Shown here: one piece after another, positions 29,425-40,067 of the stretch | How the letters are laid out: every line of letters begins with the position of its first letter | Position numbering within the stretch: the first letter of the stretch is position 1 | Assembly (NCBI GenBank): GCA_041738235.1 | Contig: JBGSQF010000006.1 | Coordinates: 18,261-82,260, forward strand | Origin: Minisyncoccia bacterium | Lineage (GTDB): Bacteria; Patescibacteriota; Minisyncoccia; Moranbacterales; GCA-2747515 | Reading direction: 5' to 3' | DNA: 64,000 bases | Made by a program: the position numbers and the translations under genes | Notes under the pieces: model-generated | What the model was told of the DNA's origin: nothing | Seen by the model: the letters and a program-made list of their open reading frames with translations, nothing else | Databases searched by the model: none

Positions 29425-30579
29425 CTATTCCGCCTTCTCATTGACCAACAACACTTTCACGTCTTTCTGAACTCCGTCACGGTAAATCGTAACCTTAATC
29501 TCAACCCCTGGCTTATATTGGGATACTATACGAGAAAGAGGCATGTCCAATGTAATTGGCACGTCATTTATAGATACAATAACATCACCTTGACGAATAC
29601 CAGCAAGATATGCCGGGGAGCCAAAAAGCACAACCGTTGCTGATGTTTCAGGTATCTTGACCCACGCGCCAGAGGAAATGGGAAGGTCATACATTGTAGC
29701 AAGCTCTGGAGTAAGAGAAACATAGGAAATTCCAAAAAGGGGCCGAGTTGGTTTCCCTTCTCCCTGATTCAAGAAAGCAAGCGCATCTGTCAAAGCACGA
29801 ATAGGCAAGATGATTGTCTGAGTCCGATCATTAGTTGTAAGTTCACGAACCATTCCTAACAATTCCCCCTGATATGTGATGACTGCCGATCCGTCTTGAG
29901 CATAATCTCCTGGCTCTATCTTTCCCACTCCTTCGTACTTCTCACTTGATCCAACCGACTGATCAGCAATATTGGTCGTCTTGGCCAATTCAGCCAAGGA
30001 AGAAGTTTGCGCTATAGGAGTGCTCCCCTCCAAGGACCGACTGATAAGTAACACATTCCTTCCTACAAAAAAAGCATCCTGTGGAGCAATGGTTGGGGTA
30101 GGCGCATTCTTCCTTTCGGTACGAAAAAATGTTGTTTCCGTAAATGGGTCTGAACCAATGAGCGTTGCATCGTTCGTCTCACCATTCATAGCAAAGACCT
30201 TATAAGTTGTCACCTTCCCAAAGGAGACCTCTTTAGTTGGAACAGCCACAACACCATCATTCGTAATAAAAAATCCAGAGGCCAGCGTGCTCGTGTCAGT
30301 TCCTAAGACGTTGGAAAGGGAGACGACTGTAACAACTGCATTCTGGGAATTGACTACGAGTTTTGAAACAAAATCACTTTCAGTGACCGTAACCTGGTCC
30401 TTTCTTTCTATGATCGTGACTTGGTCAGGGACATCGTGTTCCGATATCCATCGAAAATACTCTGGGTGCGAGTTACGAAATGGTTCAAAATAAGAATGGT
30501 ATAAGAAAACAGCAACAAAAACACTTGCAAAAAAGAATATGGTCCGAAATAGCCCTTGTATACCCCTTTTTATGTACAT
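29425..30579 (-). CDS. HtrA-like trypsin-fold + PDZ protein with a degenerate catalytic triad
   Basis: SGFFITNDG and PDZ GSPAYLAGIRQGDVI are present; TNxHV and GNSGG are absent. Confidence 0.75.
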   Translation of the reverse strand: MYIKRGIQGLFRTIFFFASVFVAVFLYHSYFEPFRNSHPEYFRWISEHDVPDQVTIIERKDQVTVTESDFVSKLVVNSQNAVVTVVSLSNVLGTDTSTLASGFFITNDGVVAVPTKEVSFGKVTTYKVFAMNGETNDATLIGSDPFTETTFFRTERKNAPTPTIAPQDAFFVGRNVLLISRSLEGSTPIAQTSSLAELAKTTNIADQSVGSSEKYEGVGKIEPGDYAQDGSAVITYQGELLGMVRELTTNDRTQTIILPIRALTDALAFLNQGEGKPTRPLFGISYVSLTPELATMYDLPISSGAWVKIPETSATVVLFGSPAYLAGIRQGDVIVSINDVPITLDMPLSRIVSQYKPGVEIKVTIYRDGVQKDVKVLLVNEKAE

Positions 30580-30591
30580 ATGAAAGATTAT

Positions 30592-31365
30592 TTATTGTGT
30601 AAGGGTCCAGGGCGTGGTCAAAAGCACCATCGAGACTAAAACGATAAGCACTGTTACATCACCCCACGCACGCGAACGCGTGAATACTCCCTCCGTATAG
30701 CTGCTCAGAACGTCCCATAGAACATAATAGAGGATAAGGAGGATCACTCCTGTTGTCAAATACCCAAATGGCCAAAACTGCGTCATCCATCCTAACTCAA
30801 CAAAGAATATACCTACGGCCACACTATACATTTTAACATGGACGTTATCTCGAGCAATACCAGAGAGGTATTGATGTGTCAAAATATATGCACCAAACCC
30901 CATAAACCCCATAAATGACCAGATCGGGACAGAGTAATTAATGAGTATCCCGATCAAAACCGAGAAAAAAAGAAACACTGAAGCAATGGTAATAGCTGAT
31001 AAAATACTTTTTGTCATCCCCACAAGAGGTCCCTCATGCCAACGACGATACCCCCACAACATCCAAAAGAGAAGACTTCCCGATATCACCGAAAATATAT
31101 GCTGTCTCACCATATCATCTATAAACAAGAGAAGGGCCCAAGAAAATATTCCAAAAAAGAACAACAGAACATTACCTCGTGAAGACCCCCGAAAAACAAG
31201 TGGCCGAATGGAGACCAAAAGCATCAACAGTGCAACAAGTGAGAATATATACCATTCGGGAAAGAATACCGAAAACTCTAGTATTGCAAGAAAAAGACCA
31301 GATAATACAATAACCAATGGATGCATACGATAGTATAACGATAACCTTCCCGAAACCTGCACCAA
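30592..31365 (-). CDS. Multi-pass membrane protein (DUF5656-like)
   Basis: About 8 TM helices; ELGWMTQFWP...GVILLILYY motif. Start may be 31326. Confidence 0.6.
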   Translation of the reverse strand: MVQVSGRLSLYYRMHPLVIVLSGLFLAILEFSVFFPEWYIFSLVALLMLLVSIRPLVFRGSSRGNVLLFFFGIFSWALLLFIDDMVRQHIFSVISGSLLFWMLWGYRRWHEGPLVGMTKSILSAITIASVFLFFSVLIGILINYSVPIWSFMGFMGFGAYILTHQYLSGIARDNVHVKMYSVAVGIFFVELGWMTQFWPFGYLTTGVILLILYYVLWDVLSSYTEGVFTRSRAWGDVTVLIVLVSMVLLTTPWTLTQ

Positions 31366-31370
31366 TCCTT

Positions 31371-32654
31371 CTACTGAGATCTTTGTTCAAGTCGAACCTG
31401 AATATTTTTCTCACTATCTTTGTGCCATATCTTCAATTTCAATTCATCGCCAACGTGATATTTTGAAACAATGTGCGAGACATCATTATCTTGTGTCACT
31501 TTCTCCCCATTGATCTCCAAGATAATATCATTTTCAACTATACCCACCTTATCAGCTGGGGATCCAGGGATAACAGCAAGATCAGTTCTTGCATCCCCCC
31601 GCAACACCAATGCGCCATAGTCATATTTAAGATTATTCTGGCTCTGAATATCTTTATTTAAGATAATGTATCGAACACCCAGGAATGGAACAGATATTTT
31701 TCCCGTTTCTTTTACTTGATTGATCGTGTCCTTCAGAGCGTTTATAGGAAGGGCAAACCCAACATTCTGGGCACCCTGTGCAACGGCCGTATTAATACCG
31801 ATCACTCGACCACTTATATCAAGCAATGGGCCACCGGAATTCCCAGGATTAATAGCTGCATCCGTCTGAATAATGTCATCCAACTGTTCCGACTGGCCAA
31901 ATCCCGATCCCGCAACAATATCCCGCCCAAGTCCAGATACAATCCCTCGACTGACAGAGTTACTAAACTCTCCCAAGGAGTTCCCAATCGCAATAACTGT
32001 TTGCCCCACCTCTAGCGAACCAGAATCCCCCAAGTCCAAAACTGGAAAATCTTTTCCTTCGATCTTCACGACAGCAACATCTCGCATGGGATCACGCGCC
32101 AAAACAGTCGCTGAATGTTCTGTCCCATCCTGTGTGATAACCGTATATTCTGCACTAGTATCACTTACTACGTGTTTATTTGTGACAATGGTCCCATCAG
32201 AACTCACAAAGAATCCGGTACCCCCTCCCACTTGTTGTTTTTCTGTACCTTGTGACGGGTTGGGAGAAGAGTAAGGATCAAAGAAAAAACCAAATGGATC
32301 GCCCCGATAAATTGGAACGTCTTTCTTCACGATCACGCTCACAACCGCAGGCGTGGCCTTTTTTACAACAGAGATCGTTGCGCTTTGTTCCTCCACATCA
32401 TTAGTAGCTACCGTCTGACCATTCGGGGTACTCTTCTCACTACTGTGTACACCCGCCAACCCGCCAAAGAGCTGCTCAACTCCAGAAACATTCCCCAAAC
32501 GTCCGACAATAAAAATAACGAGTGCGGTTCCCACTATCCCACCGAGTATACCCAATACGAAAGAGGTAACCTTATTTCTTTCTATTTTATCCTTTTTAAG
32601 TTCTTTGTTCTGCTCTGTTGATGATGGCTCCATTTGTATGTTATTCGTTTCCAT
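31371..32654 (-). CDS. htrA: HtrA/DegP serine protease with one PDZ domain
   Basis: VTNKHV, DVAVVKI and QTDAAINPGNSGGPL. Confidence 0.95.
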   Translation of the reverse strand: METNNIQMEPSSTEQNKELKKDKIERNKVTSFVLGILGGIVGTALVIFIVGRLGNVSGVEQLFGGLAGVHSSEKSTPNGQTVATNDVEEQSATISVVKKATPAVVSVIVKKDVPIYRGDPFGFFFDPYSSPNPSQGTEKQQVGGGTGFFVSSDGTIVTNKHVVSDTSAEYTVITQDGTEHSATVLARDPMRDVAVVKIEGKDFPVLDLGDSGSLEVGQTVIAIGNSLGEFSNSVSRGIVSGLGRDIVAGSGFGQSEQLDDIIQTDAAINPGNSGGPLLDISGRVIGINTAVAQGAQNVGFALPINALKDTINQVKETGKISVPFLGVRYIILNKDIQSQNNLKYDYGALVLRGDARTDLAVIPGSPADKVGIVENDIILEINGEKVTQDNDVSHIVSKYHVGDELKLKIWHKDSEKNIQVRLEQRSQ

Positions 32655-32665
32655 ACTTAGAGATA

Positions 32666-33718
32666 TTACTTATTTGATAGAGGGTCCTCCGCTTGAATAA
32701 ATCCATTTTCTTGTTCAAAAGCGGCCATGGTTGGATTTGTAAATTCTACATACCCCGTTTCAGCATTCCACTCATATTCCGGCAATAATACCCAAACGGT
32801 CGACCCTCGAATACTATTACCGATCCAGTCGGCGAACGTTTCTTTGCGAGTCATGATCTGACTTATTCGATAGAGTATCACACCCGCTTCCTTTCGAGTC
32901 TCATTTAATTGAACAATATGGTATCCGAGCGATGTTTCAGTAATATCACTCATTTCACCAACCGAAAGTTTTTCGATCGCATCAGCAAGTGCCGGCTCAG
33001 CCTGACTGATATCGATCCAACCGATCTCACCCCCGTCCCCCACAGTGGATCCTTCAGAGTACTGCTTCGCTACATCAGGAAAAACTTCCCCAGAATTGAG
33101 ACGGCCCTGAGCCTCCTGGATCTTTTTAAGCGCCTGAACATCTTGTGATCTATCCTGACGCGCTTCAAAGATTGCGGATAACTTCTCTTTATAAAGGTCG
33201 GGCACAACCACCTCCTTTTTAAAATCAGCGAGATCCCAACCATAAAGACGGCTTAAATCATCCATCACGCGTTCCTCAGAACTGAACTCATGCATTTTTC
33301 TTTCTACACTTTGGTCCGCCTCTAAGGAGGTAACACGCACCCCTGCTTTTTCGGCCAAATACTTGACCATCTGATCCTCAATATATTTATTCAACAACCC
33401 TCGCTCTCGCACCTGCAACCTTTTTTTTCCTTCTTCAGTAGTAAAATCCACACGCATCCCAACCGAAGAGAAGTCCTGCTTCTCATAAAACTGGCGCAGT
33501 GACTGCAATTTCCATTGCAATTCCGCTGCTGTAAGAACCGAAAATGGTTTCCACGTGATCAACACGGGAAGATGAAAGGTATGTGCTGCTCCCTGTGCCC
33601 ATGAACTTGTGGCGTATCGAGCATACACAGCAACCAGAAAGGCCATCGCTACACACACTAAGATAATACTTGATCCAATAAATATTACCTTCTTAGAAAA
33701 CATTTTTTCTTTTTTCAT
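32666..33718 (-). CDS. PrsA/SurA-like parvulin foldase
   Basis: FPDVAKQYSE, GGEIGW and ETSLGYHIV. Confidence 0.85.
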   Translation of the reverse strand: MKKEKMFSKKVIFIGSSIILVCVAMAFLVAVYARYATSSWAQGAAHTFHLPVLITWKPFSVLTAAELQWKLQSLRQFYEKQDFSSVGMRVDFTTEEGKKRLQVRERGLLNKYIEDQMVKYLAEKAGVRVTSLEADQSVERKMHEFSSEERVMDDLSRLYGWDLADFKKEVVVPDLYKEKLSAIFEARQDRSQDVQALKKIQEAQGRLNSGEVFPDVAKQYSEGSTVGDGGEIGWIDISQAEPALADAIEKLSVGEMSDITETSLGYHIVQLNETRKEAGVILYRISQIMTRKETFADWIGNSIRGSTVWVLLPEYEWNAETGYVEFTNPTMAAFEQENGFIQAEDPLSNK

Positions 33719-33727
33719 ACATTACTT

Positions 33728-34132
33728 TTATTTGGGGCCAAAAAAGAAACTCCACCATTTTTTCGGATTTGAGATACTACTATTTATCACTATACGAACT
33801 TCACGTTTTGGCTGAGGATCTTCCACTTGTGTTGACTCCTGTTGAAATCGGTCCGGCTGTACGACTGCTACGCTTTCCCCCGGTTTTTTAAGATTGAGTT
33901 TATCTTTCGCCTCACGCTCAACATATTCCGGAGTACGAAGATAGGCAATACGATCATTCAGTTTCTGTGTTTCTTCCTCGATCTTTTGAGCCTCTTCTTG
34001 AAGTTTTAATACGTCTTCCGAAATTTTTTCTTTCTCTCGATACTTCTCATATCCCCTCCAAGAAATGACAACTGCAATACCTAATATCACCACTGATATT
34101 AATAATATTAAAAATATGCGTGATGATTTCAT
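33728..34132 (-). CDS. Septum formation initiator FtsB/DivIC
   Basis: TM + coiled coil + YVEREAKDKLNLKKPGE. Confidence 0.85.
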   Translation of the reverse strand: MKSSRIFLILLISVVILGIAVVISWRGYEKYREKEKISEDVLKLQEEAQKIEEETQKLNDRIAYLRTPEYVEREAKDKLNLKKPGESVAVVQPDRFQQESTQVEDPQPKREVRIVINSSISNPKKWWSFFFGPK

Positions 34133-34139
34133 AAAAAAG

Positions 34140-34247
34140 CTAACCCAATGCCGGTAAGATCAAATACCCAACCATAGAAAAAATGACAATGGTAGAGACG
34201 ATCCACCAAAACACCTTAACTACTCTTTGTCGTTGTTTTCTGTTCAT
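34140..34247 (-). CDS. 35-aa single-TM miniprotein (not in ORF track)
   Basis: MNRKQRQRVVKVFWWIVSTIVIFSMVGYLILPALG-TAG, ending 7 bp before the ftsB-like start. Confidence 0.65.
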   Translation of the reverse strand: MNRKQRQRVVKVFWWIVSTIVIFSMVGYLILPALG

Positions 34248-34422
34248 AGAAGCAAATCCTTCCTTTAATTACTTTTTATTATTATTGAGTATATCACATT
34301 GCCTGAAATGTGAAAACAACCCCCATTGACCAGCAAGCACACTCCTTACCTCTTCCCCAAAGGTATGCTACAATACCCACAAGAATTGAAAACTTTTACT
34401 CCATATCCTCATTGATAGCATT

Positions 34423-36027
34423 ATGGACAGCCTCCGAAGAAAACCTGCTCCTAGACGGCTTCCCCCTCTTCCGCAAAACAAAGCTATTTTACAAAACCAG
34501 TCCCACCAAAAAAGTTCAAGTGGAAGTTTTTCGTACTCTTTTTCCCTGCCTCCACAAAACCCGCCAATTATCCCACGGACAAAAATTCCACGGAACAAAA
34601 ACAAGTTTCCAAGCATCAAAAAGATACTCTCAACGGTCTTCCTTCTTCTGCTGTTGGCCTTGTGTATTGGAACATCCCTCATATTTTGGCGTATCCACAA
34701 AGTATCGCAGAACACTTTTACACAAAAACCGGAAAAAGGCATCATTTCCGAAACCACGCAATACCTTCTTGGAGGCTCAAAAGATGACAGAAAACCCCTA
34801 CGCGGGGAGGCAGATGGGCGCATTAATATACTTCTCCTGGGGAAAGCAGGGAAAGACTACCCAGGACAAAACCTTACCGACACAATAATAGTTGCAAGTA
34901 TTGACACAAAAGAACGAAAGACCGCCCTCCTCTCTCTTCCCCGCGATCTCTATACCCGCATTCCCAATACCAACACCTCAACAAAGCTCAACGCGTTCTA
35001 TCTTTATGGACAAAATGACAGTGACCCCTTTGGCGTAGTTCGTTCTGCTATAGAGGACATCACTGGACTCCCAATTCACTACACGGTCGCCTTAGACTAC
35101 GATGGTTTTGTAAGGATCATAGAGGCACTTGGAGGTGTCAATGTTACTGTTGAGCGAGATTTCTACGATCCAGCGTTCCCAGGTCCAAACTACTCCTATG
35201 AAACATTTGAGATCAAAAAAGGATTTCATACCCTTGATGGAGCAACAGCCCTAAAATATGTGCGCGAGCGACATAACGATCCCATGGGTGACTTCGGAAG
35301 ATCAGCCCGCCAGCAACAGGTGATCCAAGCTATCAAAAATAAGGCCTTTACTCTAGAAACCTTTCTCAACCCCTTTACCGTATATACGCTGCTTGGAACG
35401 ATCGAGGCTAATATTCGAACCGACTTTTCTCCAGAAGATATCGCGAGCATCCTTACGCTCATTCAAAATGTCGACACACAAAATGTAAGTACCTATGTTG
35501 TAGACGCCTGGAGACCGGACAGTCTACTGCGCGTATCCCATATTGCACTGGAAAATGGTCAGAACATGTTTGTGCTGATTCCTCGAACGGGGACGTATCA
35601 AGAAATACGGGAAGTTGCCTCAGGTATATTCTCACAAGATGAGCAGAGAGCTCGGGTACAAAAAATTCAAGAAGAGTCACCACATGTACTACTTATCAAT
35701 ACAACAGGTAACCCCCAACTTATCGAAAATGTTCGCGCACTCTTATCAGACCTTGGATTTGAGAACGTGACAACTGCCGAACCAGTTGACACGGCACCTC
35801 TGGCCAGAACGTATGTACGAAAAACCTCCGAAAACGCCAAGCCATACTCTCTTGATGAGGTGATGAAAAAGATCCCCGCCTCTCTCTCAGGCGAATCCCT
35901 CGATGACCTAATTCCAAAAAAGATCCCCGAAGACACAGACTTCACCGTATTACTCGGCAATGACATCATACAAAACTATCTCTGGGAAAAAGGAACCGTA
36001 GAGGACTACCTCAAAGAAAGCGAGTAA
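34423..36027 (+). CDS. LCP (LytR-CpsA-Psr) family protein with LytR_C domain
   Basis: INILLLG, LTDTII, LSLPRDL, ALKYVRER, DFGRSARQQQV. Confidence 0.93.
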   Translation: MDSLRRKPAPRRLPPLPQNKAILQNQSHQKSSSGSFSYSFSLPPQNPPIIPRTKIPRNKNKFPSIKKILSTVFLLLLLALCIGTSLIFWRIHKVSQNTFTQKPEKGIISETTQYLLGGSKDDRKPLRGEADGRINILLLGKAGKDYPGQNLTDTIIVASIDTKERKTALLSLPRDLYTRIPNTNTSTKLNAFYLYGQNDSDPFGVVRSAIEDITGLPIHYTVALDYDGFVRIIEALGGVNVTVERDFYDPAFPGPNYSYETFEIKKGFHTLDGATALKYVRERHNDPMGDFGRSARQQQVIQAIKNKAFTLETFLNPFTVYTLLGTIEANIRTDFSPEDIASILTLIQNVDTQNVSTYVVDAWRPDSLLRVSHIALENGQNMFVLIPRTGTYQEIREVASGIFSQDEQRARVQKIQEESPHVLLINTTGNPQLIENVRALLSDLGFENVTTAEPVDTAPLARTYVRKTSENAKPYSLDEVMKKIPASLSGESLDDLIPKKIPEDTDFTVLLGNDIIQNYLWEKGTVEDYLKESE

Positions 36028-36056
36028 ATCAAACCTCACCATAAAAGTCTATCCTT

Positions 36057-36599
36057 ATGAAACTCATTGTTGGTCTCGGAAATCCAGGAAAACAATACTA
36101 CACAACCCGCCATAACATCGGATTCCTTGTAGCAGACACTCTTCAAAAAACATTCACCTTTCCTACATTTCAGATCAAATCACGATTTCAAGCGGAGATA
36201 TCAGAAAACTTTGTTGGCTTACACCGAACACTCCTGATCAAACCTCAAACATATATGAATCTTTCCGGTGAAACCGTTTCATCGCTCCTCTCCTTCTACA
36301 AATTACCCACAAAAGATATACTTGTTGTTCACGACGATATTGACATTCCCTGGGGAACCTATAAATATACTCAGGATTCTCGCTCTGCAGGACATCGTGG
36401 CGTACAAAACATCATCGAAAAGATAGGTACACAAAAATTCCCACGACTGAGGATCGGGGTAGGTCCAAGACCTGAAAACATCCCTACCGAACAATTTGTT
36501 CTTACCCCATTAGGAACAAAAGAAGTTGGGGAACTTTCCGACATTCTGACAAAGATCGTTCAAGTGATCCCAGAATATCTGGATGCACGAATTTCTTAG
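36057..36599 (+). CDS. pth: Peptidyl-tRNA hydrolase
   Basis: MKLIVGLGNPG, TRHNIGF, KPQTYMNLSG. Confidence 0.97.
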   Translation: MKLIVGLGNPGKQYYTTRHNIGFLVADTLQKTFTFPTFQIKSRFQAEISENFVGLHRTLLIKPQTYMNLSGETVSSLLSFYKLPTKDILVVHDDIDIPWGTYKYTQDSRSAGHRGVQNIIEKIGTQKFPRLRIGVGPRPENIPTEQFVLTPLGTKEVGELSDILTKIVQVIPEYLDARIS

Positions 36600-36632
36600 C
36601 AAGACTTCGTCTACTCTTATCACGCACTTCCA

Positions 36633-36887
36633 CTATTTATTTTTGCTTCTTTTTTTAGGAACAAGATCAACCCCTCCAGGATTCCAGGGATGACACCGAA
36701 GCACTCGTTGTATGCCCATCCACGATCCACGCATTACACCAAATCGATCTATTGCTTCGTAAGTATACTGCGAGCAAGTAGGATAAAAACGACACAAGCG
36801 CTCTCCTAAGATACGCCCCAATATCCCATGATCTACAGAGAGCGTTTTTTGGTATACTCGAATAAATAATAAAAGAATTCTTTTCAT
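36633..36887 (-). CDS. yidD: Membrane protein insertion efficiency factor
   Basis: [10 protein letters not shown]...[14 protein letters not shown]. Confidence 0.95.
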   Translation of the reverse strand: MKRILLLFIRVYQKTLSVDHGILGRILGERLCRFYPTCSQYTYEAIDRFGVMRGSWMGIQRVLRCHPWNPGGVDLVPKKRSKNK

Positions 36888-37039
36888 ATAGTCTCATCTT
36901 GTAAAAATTAGAACATTCATACGATCCCCAACTTCCATCTTAGCCAAAAACGATCCACGCGACTTAATGTCTGTTTTATCTCTCTTGAATCTTATGATAT
37001 ACTATATCATAAAGATCATCCAAAAAAATAAAAAAGACT

Positions 37040-37957
37040 ATGTCAATGAAAAGCGTCTCCTTCGGGAAAGTCACATGGATCAACTTTGAACAACCCGACC
37101 AAAAAGATGTTTCTTATCTTCAAGAAAATTTTGATATCCACCCCCTGGCCGTTGAGGAATTCATGACGCCCACATTTCGTCCAAAAGCAACTCGGTATGA
37201 TAATTGTCTCTATCTAACGATCCACATCCCCCTTTTTGACCCCGTCCGTCGAACAACATACCCAGGAGAAGTAGATATCCTTATCACAAACACTCATCTC
37301 ATTACTGGACACGAGGAACACATTTTTCAGTTAGAAAACCTCTTTGCCTCACTCGAAAGAAGTATTGGCAAAAGACGCCTCCACATGAGCAAGACGCCAG
37401 CACATCTTCTCTACACACTTCTTGAGTCACTGCTTGAGTCTTGTTTCCCCCGACTTGATAATATCGTACGAAAGATCGATGAGGTGGAAGACGAGGTATT
37501 CAATGGAAATGAAAAAGAGATGCTTAAGGAGATCTCTCTCGTCAAACGCGATATCCTCAACTTCCGCAGAACGCTTATGCCACAACGATCTATTCTGGAA
37601 TCCCTTGCGCAAAAGGAAACTCCCTTCGTATCAAAAGATCTCACACCTTTCTTTCAAGATCTCGTTGGTACCAATATACGCCTCTGGAACACATTACAAA
37701 GTGCCAAAGAGACGATCGAATCCCTTGAGGACACGAATGAATCCCTCCTATCCAACAAATTAAACGAGAAAATGCGTCTCATTACCATTTTTTCTGTCAT
37801 TCTTTTGCCTTCTACACTCTATGCTAACATTCTAGGAATGAACTCTACGGAGCCACTTGATCCCGATAATGGTCCGTTCTTTTGGATGCACATTGCCATT
37901 ATTGTTATCATCGCCCTTGTCACACTCACTATTTTCAAATGGAAGAAATGGGTCTAA
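37040..37957 (+). CDS. corA: CorA-family Mg2+ transporter
   Basis: FDIHPLAVEE and the GMN motif between two C-terminal TMs. Confidence 0.92.
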   Translation: MSMKSVSFGKVTWINFEQPDQKDVSYLQENFDIHPLAVEEFMTPTFRPKATRYDNCLYLTIHIPLFDPVRRTTYPGEVDILITNTHLITGHEEHIFQLENLFASLERSIGKRRLHMSKTPAHLLYTLLESLLESCFPRLDNIVRKIDEVEDEVFNGNEKEMLKEISLVKRDILNFRRTLMPQRSILESLAQKETPFVSKDLTPFFQDLVGTNIRLWNTLQSAKETIESLEDTNESLLSNKLNEKMRLITIFSVILLPSTLYANILGMNSTEPLDPDNGPFFWMHIAIIVIIALVTLTIFKWKKWV

Positions 37958-38023
37958 AGGTCTTTACAAAAGAAACGACCAATGATTCATGATCCAAAAA
38001 TACAAGACCCTTGTATACAGTGC

Positions 38024-38051
38024 AAAACCGCGGGGGTACTCCTCCCGCGGC
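38024..38051 (-). terminator. GC-rich terminator after the membrane ORFan
   Basis: Minus strand CCGCGGG-aggagtacc-CCCGCGG-TTTT. Confidence 0.65.
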
Positions 38052-38069
38052 CATGCTCCTTTGACATCC

Positions 38070-38366
38070 TCACCCCTCATCTGATTTGATCCATACACTC
38101 CTGTACACCGCCTTGTAGGCAAAGGCCATGAACCCCAGCAGGAGTACCCCCACAGCAAGAAGAATGATCCATTCTGAGACGACCCCAAAACAAACCGATT
38201 GAATGAGGGCGATCCCATCGAATATTAAAAGGCCTATCCTTGTGCCTTCAAAGATCACCCCCAACATCTCTCGCTCTTCCTCGAATCTCGATACCCAAGC
38301 AAAGAGACCAAAGAAGCAGAAAACGAAAAGGTTCTCAAGCAATAATACCGCCCAAAAGCCACTCAT
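38070..38366 (-). CDS. Small 3-TM hypothetical protein
   Basis: 98-aa hydrophobic ORF with a G-rich leader and its own terminator. Confidence 0.55.
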   Translation of the reverse strand: MSGFWAVLLLENLFVFCFFGLFAWVSRFEEEREMLGVIFEGTRIGLLIFDGIALIQSVCFGVVSEWIILLAVGVLLLGFMAFAYKAVYRSVWIKSDEG

Positions 38367-38489
38367 ACCAAACCCCCACTAGTTGAGATCATATGGATTG
38401 TCAAAGAAGACATTTGAGAGTACTCTAAAAATAAGAAAAAATCAAGGGCCCTTTACCTGATAAACACCTGGTCTACTTATTTTAACAAT

Positions 38490-39911
38490 ATGCTTACTCT
38501 TTACAATACACTCACAAAGCAAAAGGAAATATTTGAACCTATCCACCCGGGAAAAGTTTCTATTTATGCCTGTGGCCCGACCGTCTATGACTATGCGCAT
38601 ATTGGAAACTGGAAAACATATATCACCAATGACCTTCTGCGCCGACATCTAGAATACCTTGGATATGAAGTGCGCCATATCGAAAACATTACCGATGTTG
38701 GACATCTCACACGTGATGATATCTCTCAGGGTGATACCGGGGAGGACAAGATCGAGATGAAAGCCAAGAAAGAGCATAAAACTCCACAAGAGATCGCTCG
38801 TTTCTATGAAACCTACTTTAAAGATGCTCTTACGAAACTTAATATTCTCCCTGCACACTACTTCCCATGTGCCACAGAGCACATCCCCCACATGATAAAG
38901 CTTATCGAATCTTTGATCACAAACGGACATGCCTACGAATCAAATGGAAATGTGTTCTATGATATCTCAAGCTTCCCTCACTATGGGGAACTTTCCGGAA
39001 ACACTCTCGAGAGTCTTAGGATCGGTGCACGCCTCGAAGCGGAACACCCCGACAAGAAAAACCAATGGGATTTTGCACTCTGGCTCAAAGCACCAAAAGA
39101 TCACCTTATGCAATGGGATTCCCCGTGGGGAAAGGGCTATCCCGGATGGCACATCGAATGCTCTGCTATGAGTTTGGAATATCTTGGTAATACTTTCGAC
39201 ATCCATATGGGGGGTGAGGACCATATCTTCCCCCACCACGAAGCAGAAATTGCTCAATCAGAAGGTGTGACGAATATACATCCTTTCGTACATTTTTGGA
39301 TCCATACACGCCATATGATGGTGGAGGGGAAAAAGATGTCCAAATCAAGAGGAACCACCTATAGGATCGAGGATGTAGAGACGAATGGATACACCACCAT
39401 GCACTTACGTCTTGCCCTTCTTTCTGCACACTACCGATCACAGATGAATTTCACCTGGGACGCTTTGGACCAAGCCAAAAAGAACTTTGAACGTATCACA
39501 AATTGGGTAAACAACACGAGTGACGTACATGAGAATGCGCGCAAGGAAAACAGAGAGGAAATACAACGATACGAACAAAAATTCTGGGATGCTCTCAACG
39601 ATGACCTTAATACCCCGAAAGCACTTTCTGTGCTGTACGAATTGATCACGTTCACCAACACACACAAACGCTCTGTTTCCGTCGACACCTTAAATATCCT
39701 GTGGGGTCGGCTAAACAGCGTCTTAGGGCTTATCCTCCCTTCGTTCTCACACGAAACGATCCCCAAAGAAGTCACAATTCTTACCGCCGAGCGAGACGAA
39801 GCTCGAATGAACAAGGACTTTCAAAAGTCTGATGCACTTCGAGCAAAGATTGAATCCCTTGGCTACATCGTCGAAGATTCCCCAAACGGTACGACGGTAA
39901 AAAAACAATAA
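38490..39911 (+). CDS. cysS: Cysteinyl-tRNA synthetase
   Basis: [28 protein letters not shown]. Confidence 0.98.
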   Translation: MLTLYNTLTKQKEIFEPIHPGKVSIYACGPTVYDYAHIGNWKTYITNDLLRRHLEYLGYEVRHIENITDVGHLTRDDISQGDTGEDKIEMKAKKEHKTPQEIARFYETYFKDALTKLNILPAHYFPCATEHIPHMIKLIESLITNGHAYESNGNVFYDISSFPHYGELSGNTLESLRIGARLEAEHPDKKNQWDFALWLKAPKDHLMQWDSPWGKGYPGWHIECSAMSLEYLGNTFDIHMGGEDHIFPHHEAEIAQSEGVTNIHPFVHFWIHTRHMMVEGKKMSKSRGTTYRIEDVETNGYTTMHLRLALLSAHYRSQMNFTWDALDQAKKNFERITNWVNNTSDVHENARKENREEIQRYEQKFWDALNDDLNTPKALSVLYELITFTNTHKRSVSVDTLNILWGRLNSVLGLILPSFSHETIPKEVTILTAERDEARMNKDFQKSDALRAKIESLGYIVEDSPNGTTVKKQ

Positions 39912-40067
39912 CCCTTCTTTTGCCCATCTGGCTATCAAAGGGGAAAACATGTGTATAAAAAGAGCTTCTTCGAAACTCTTTTTATTTTTTGTCAATATGT
40001 CTTTTTAAAATTGGTTGTGATATACTCTTAAAACAATACACGAGTTACTTGCTACCAAATATCCCCT

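Noticed and set aside
34310-34888. 192-aa alternate-frame ORF overlapping the LCP gene
   Set aside because: The LCP frame is complete, so no frameshift is needed; the sequence looks like off-frame translation.
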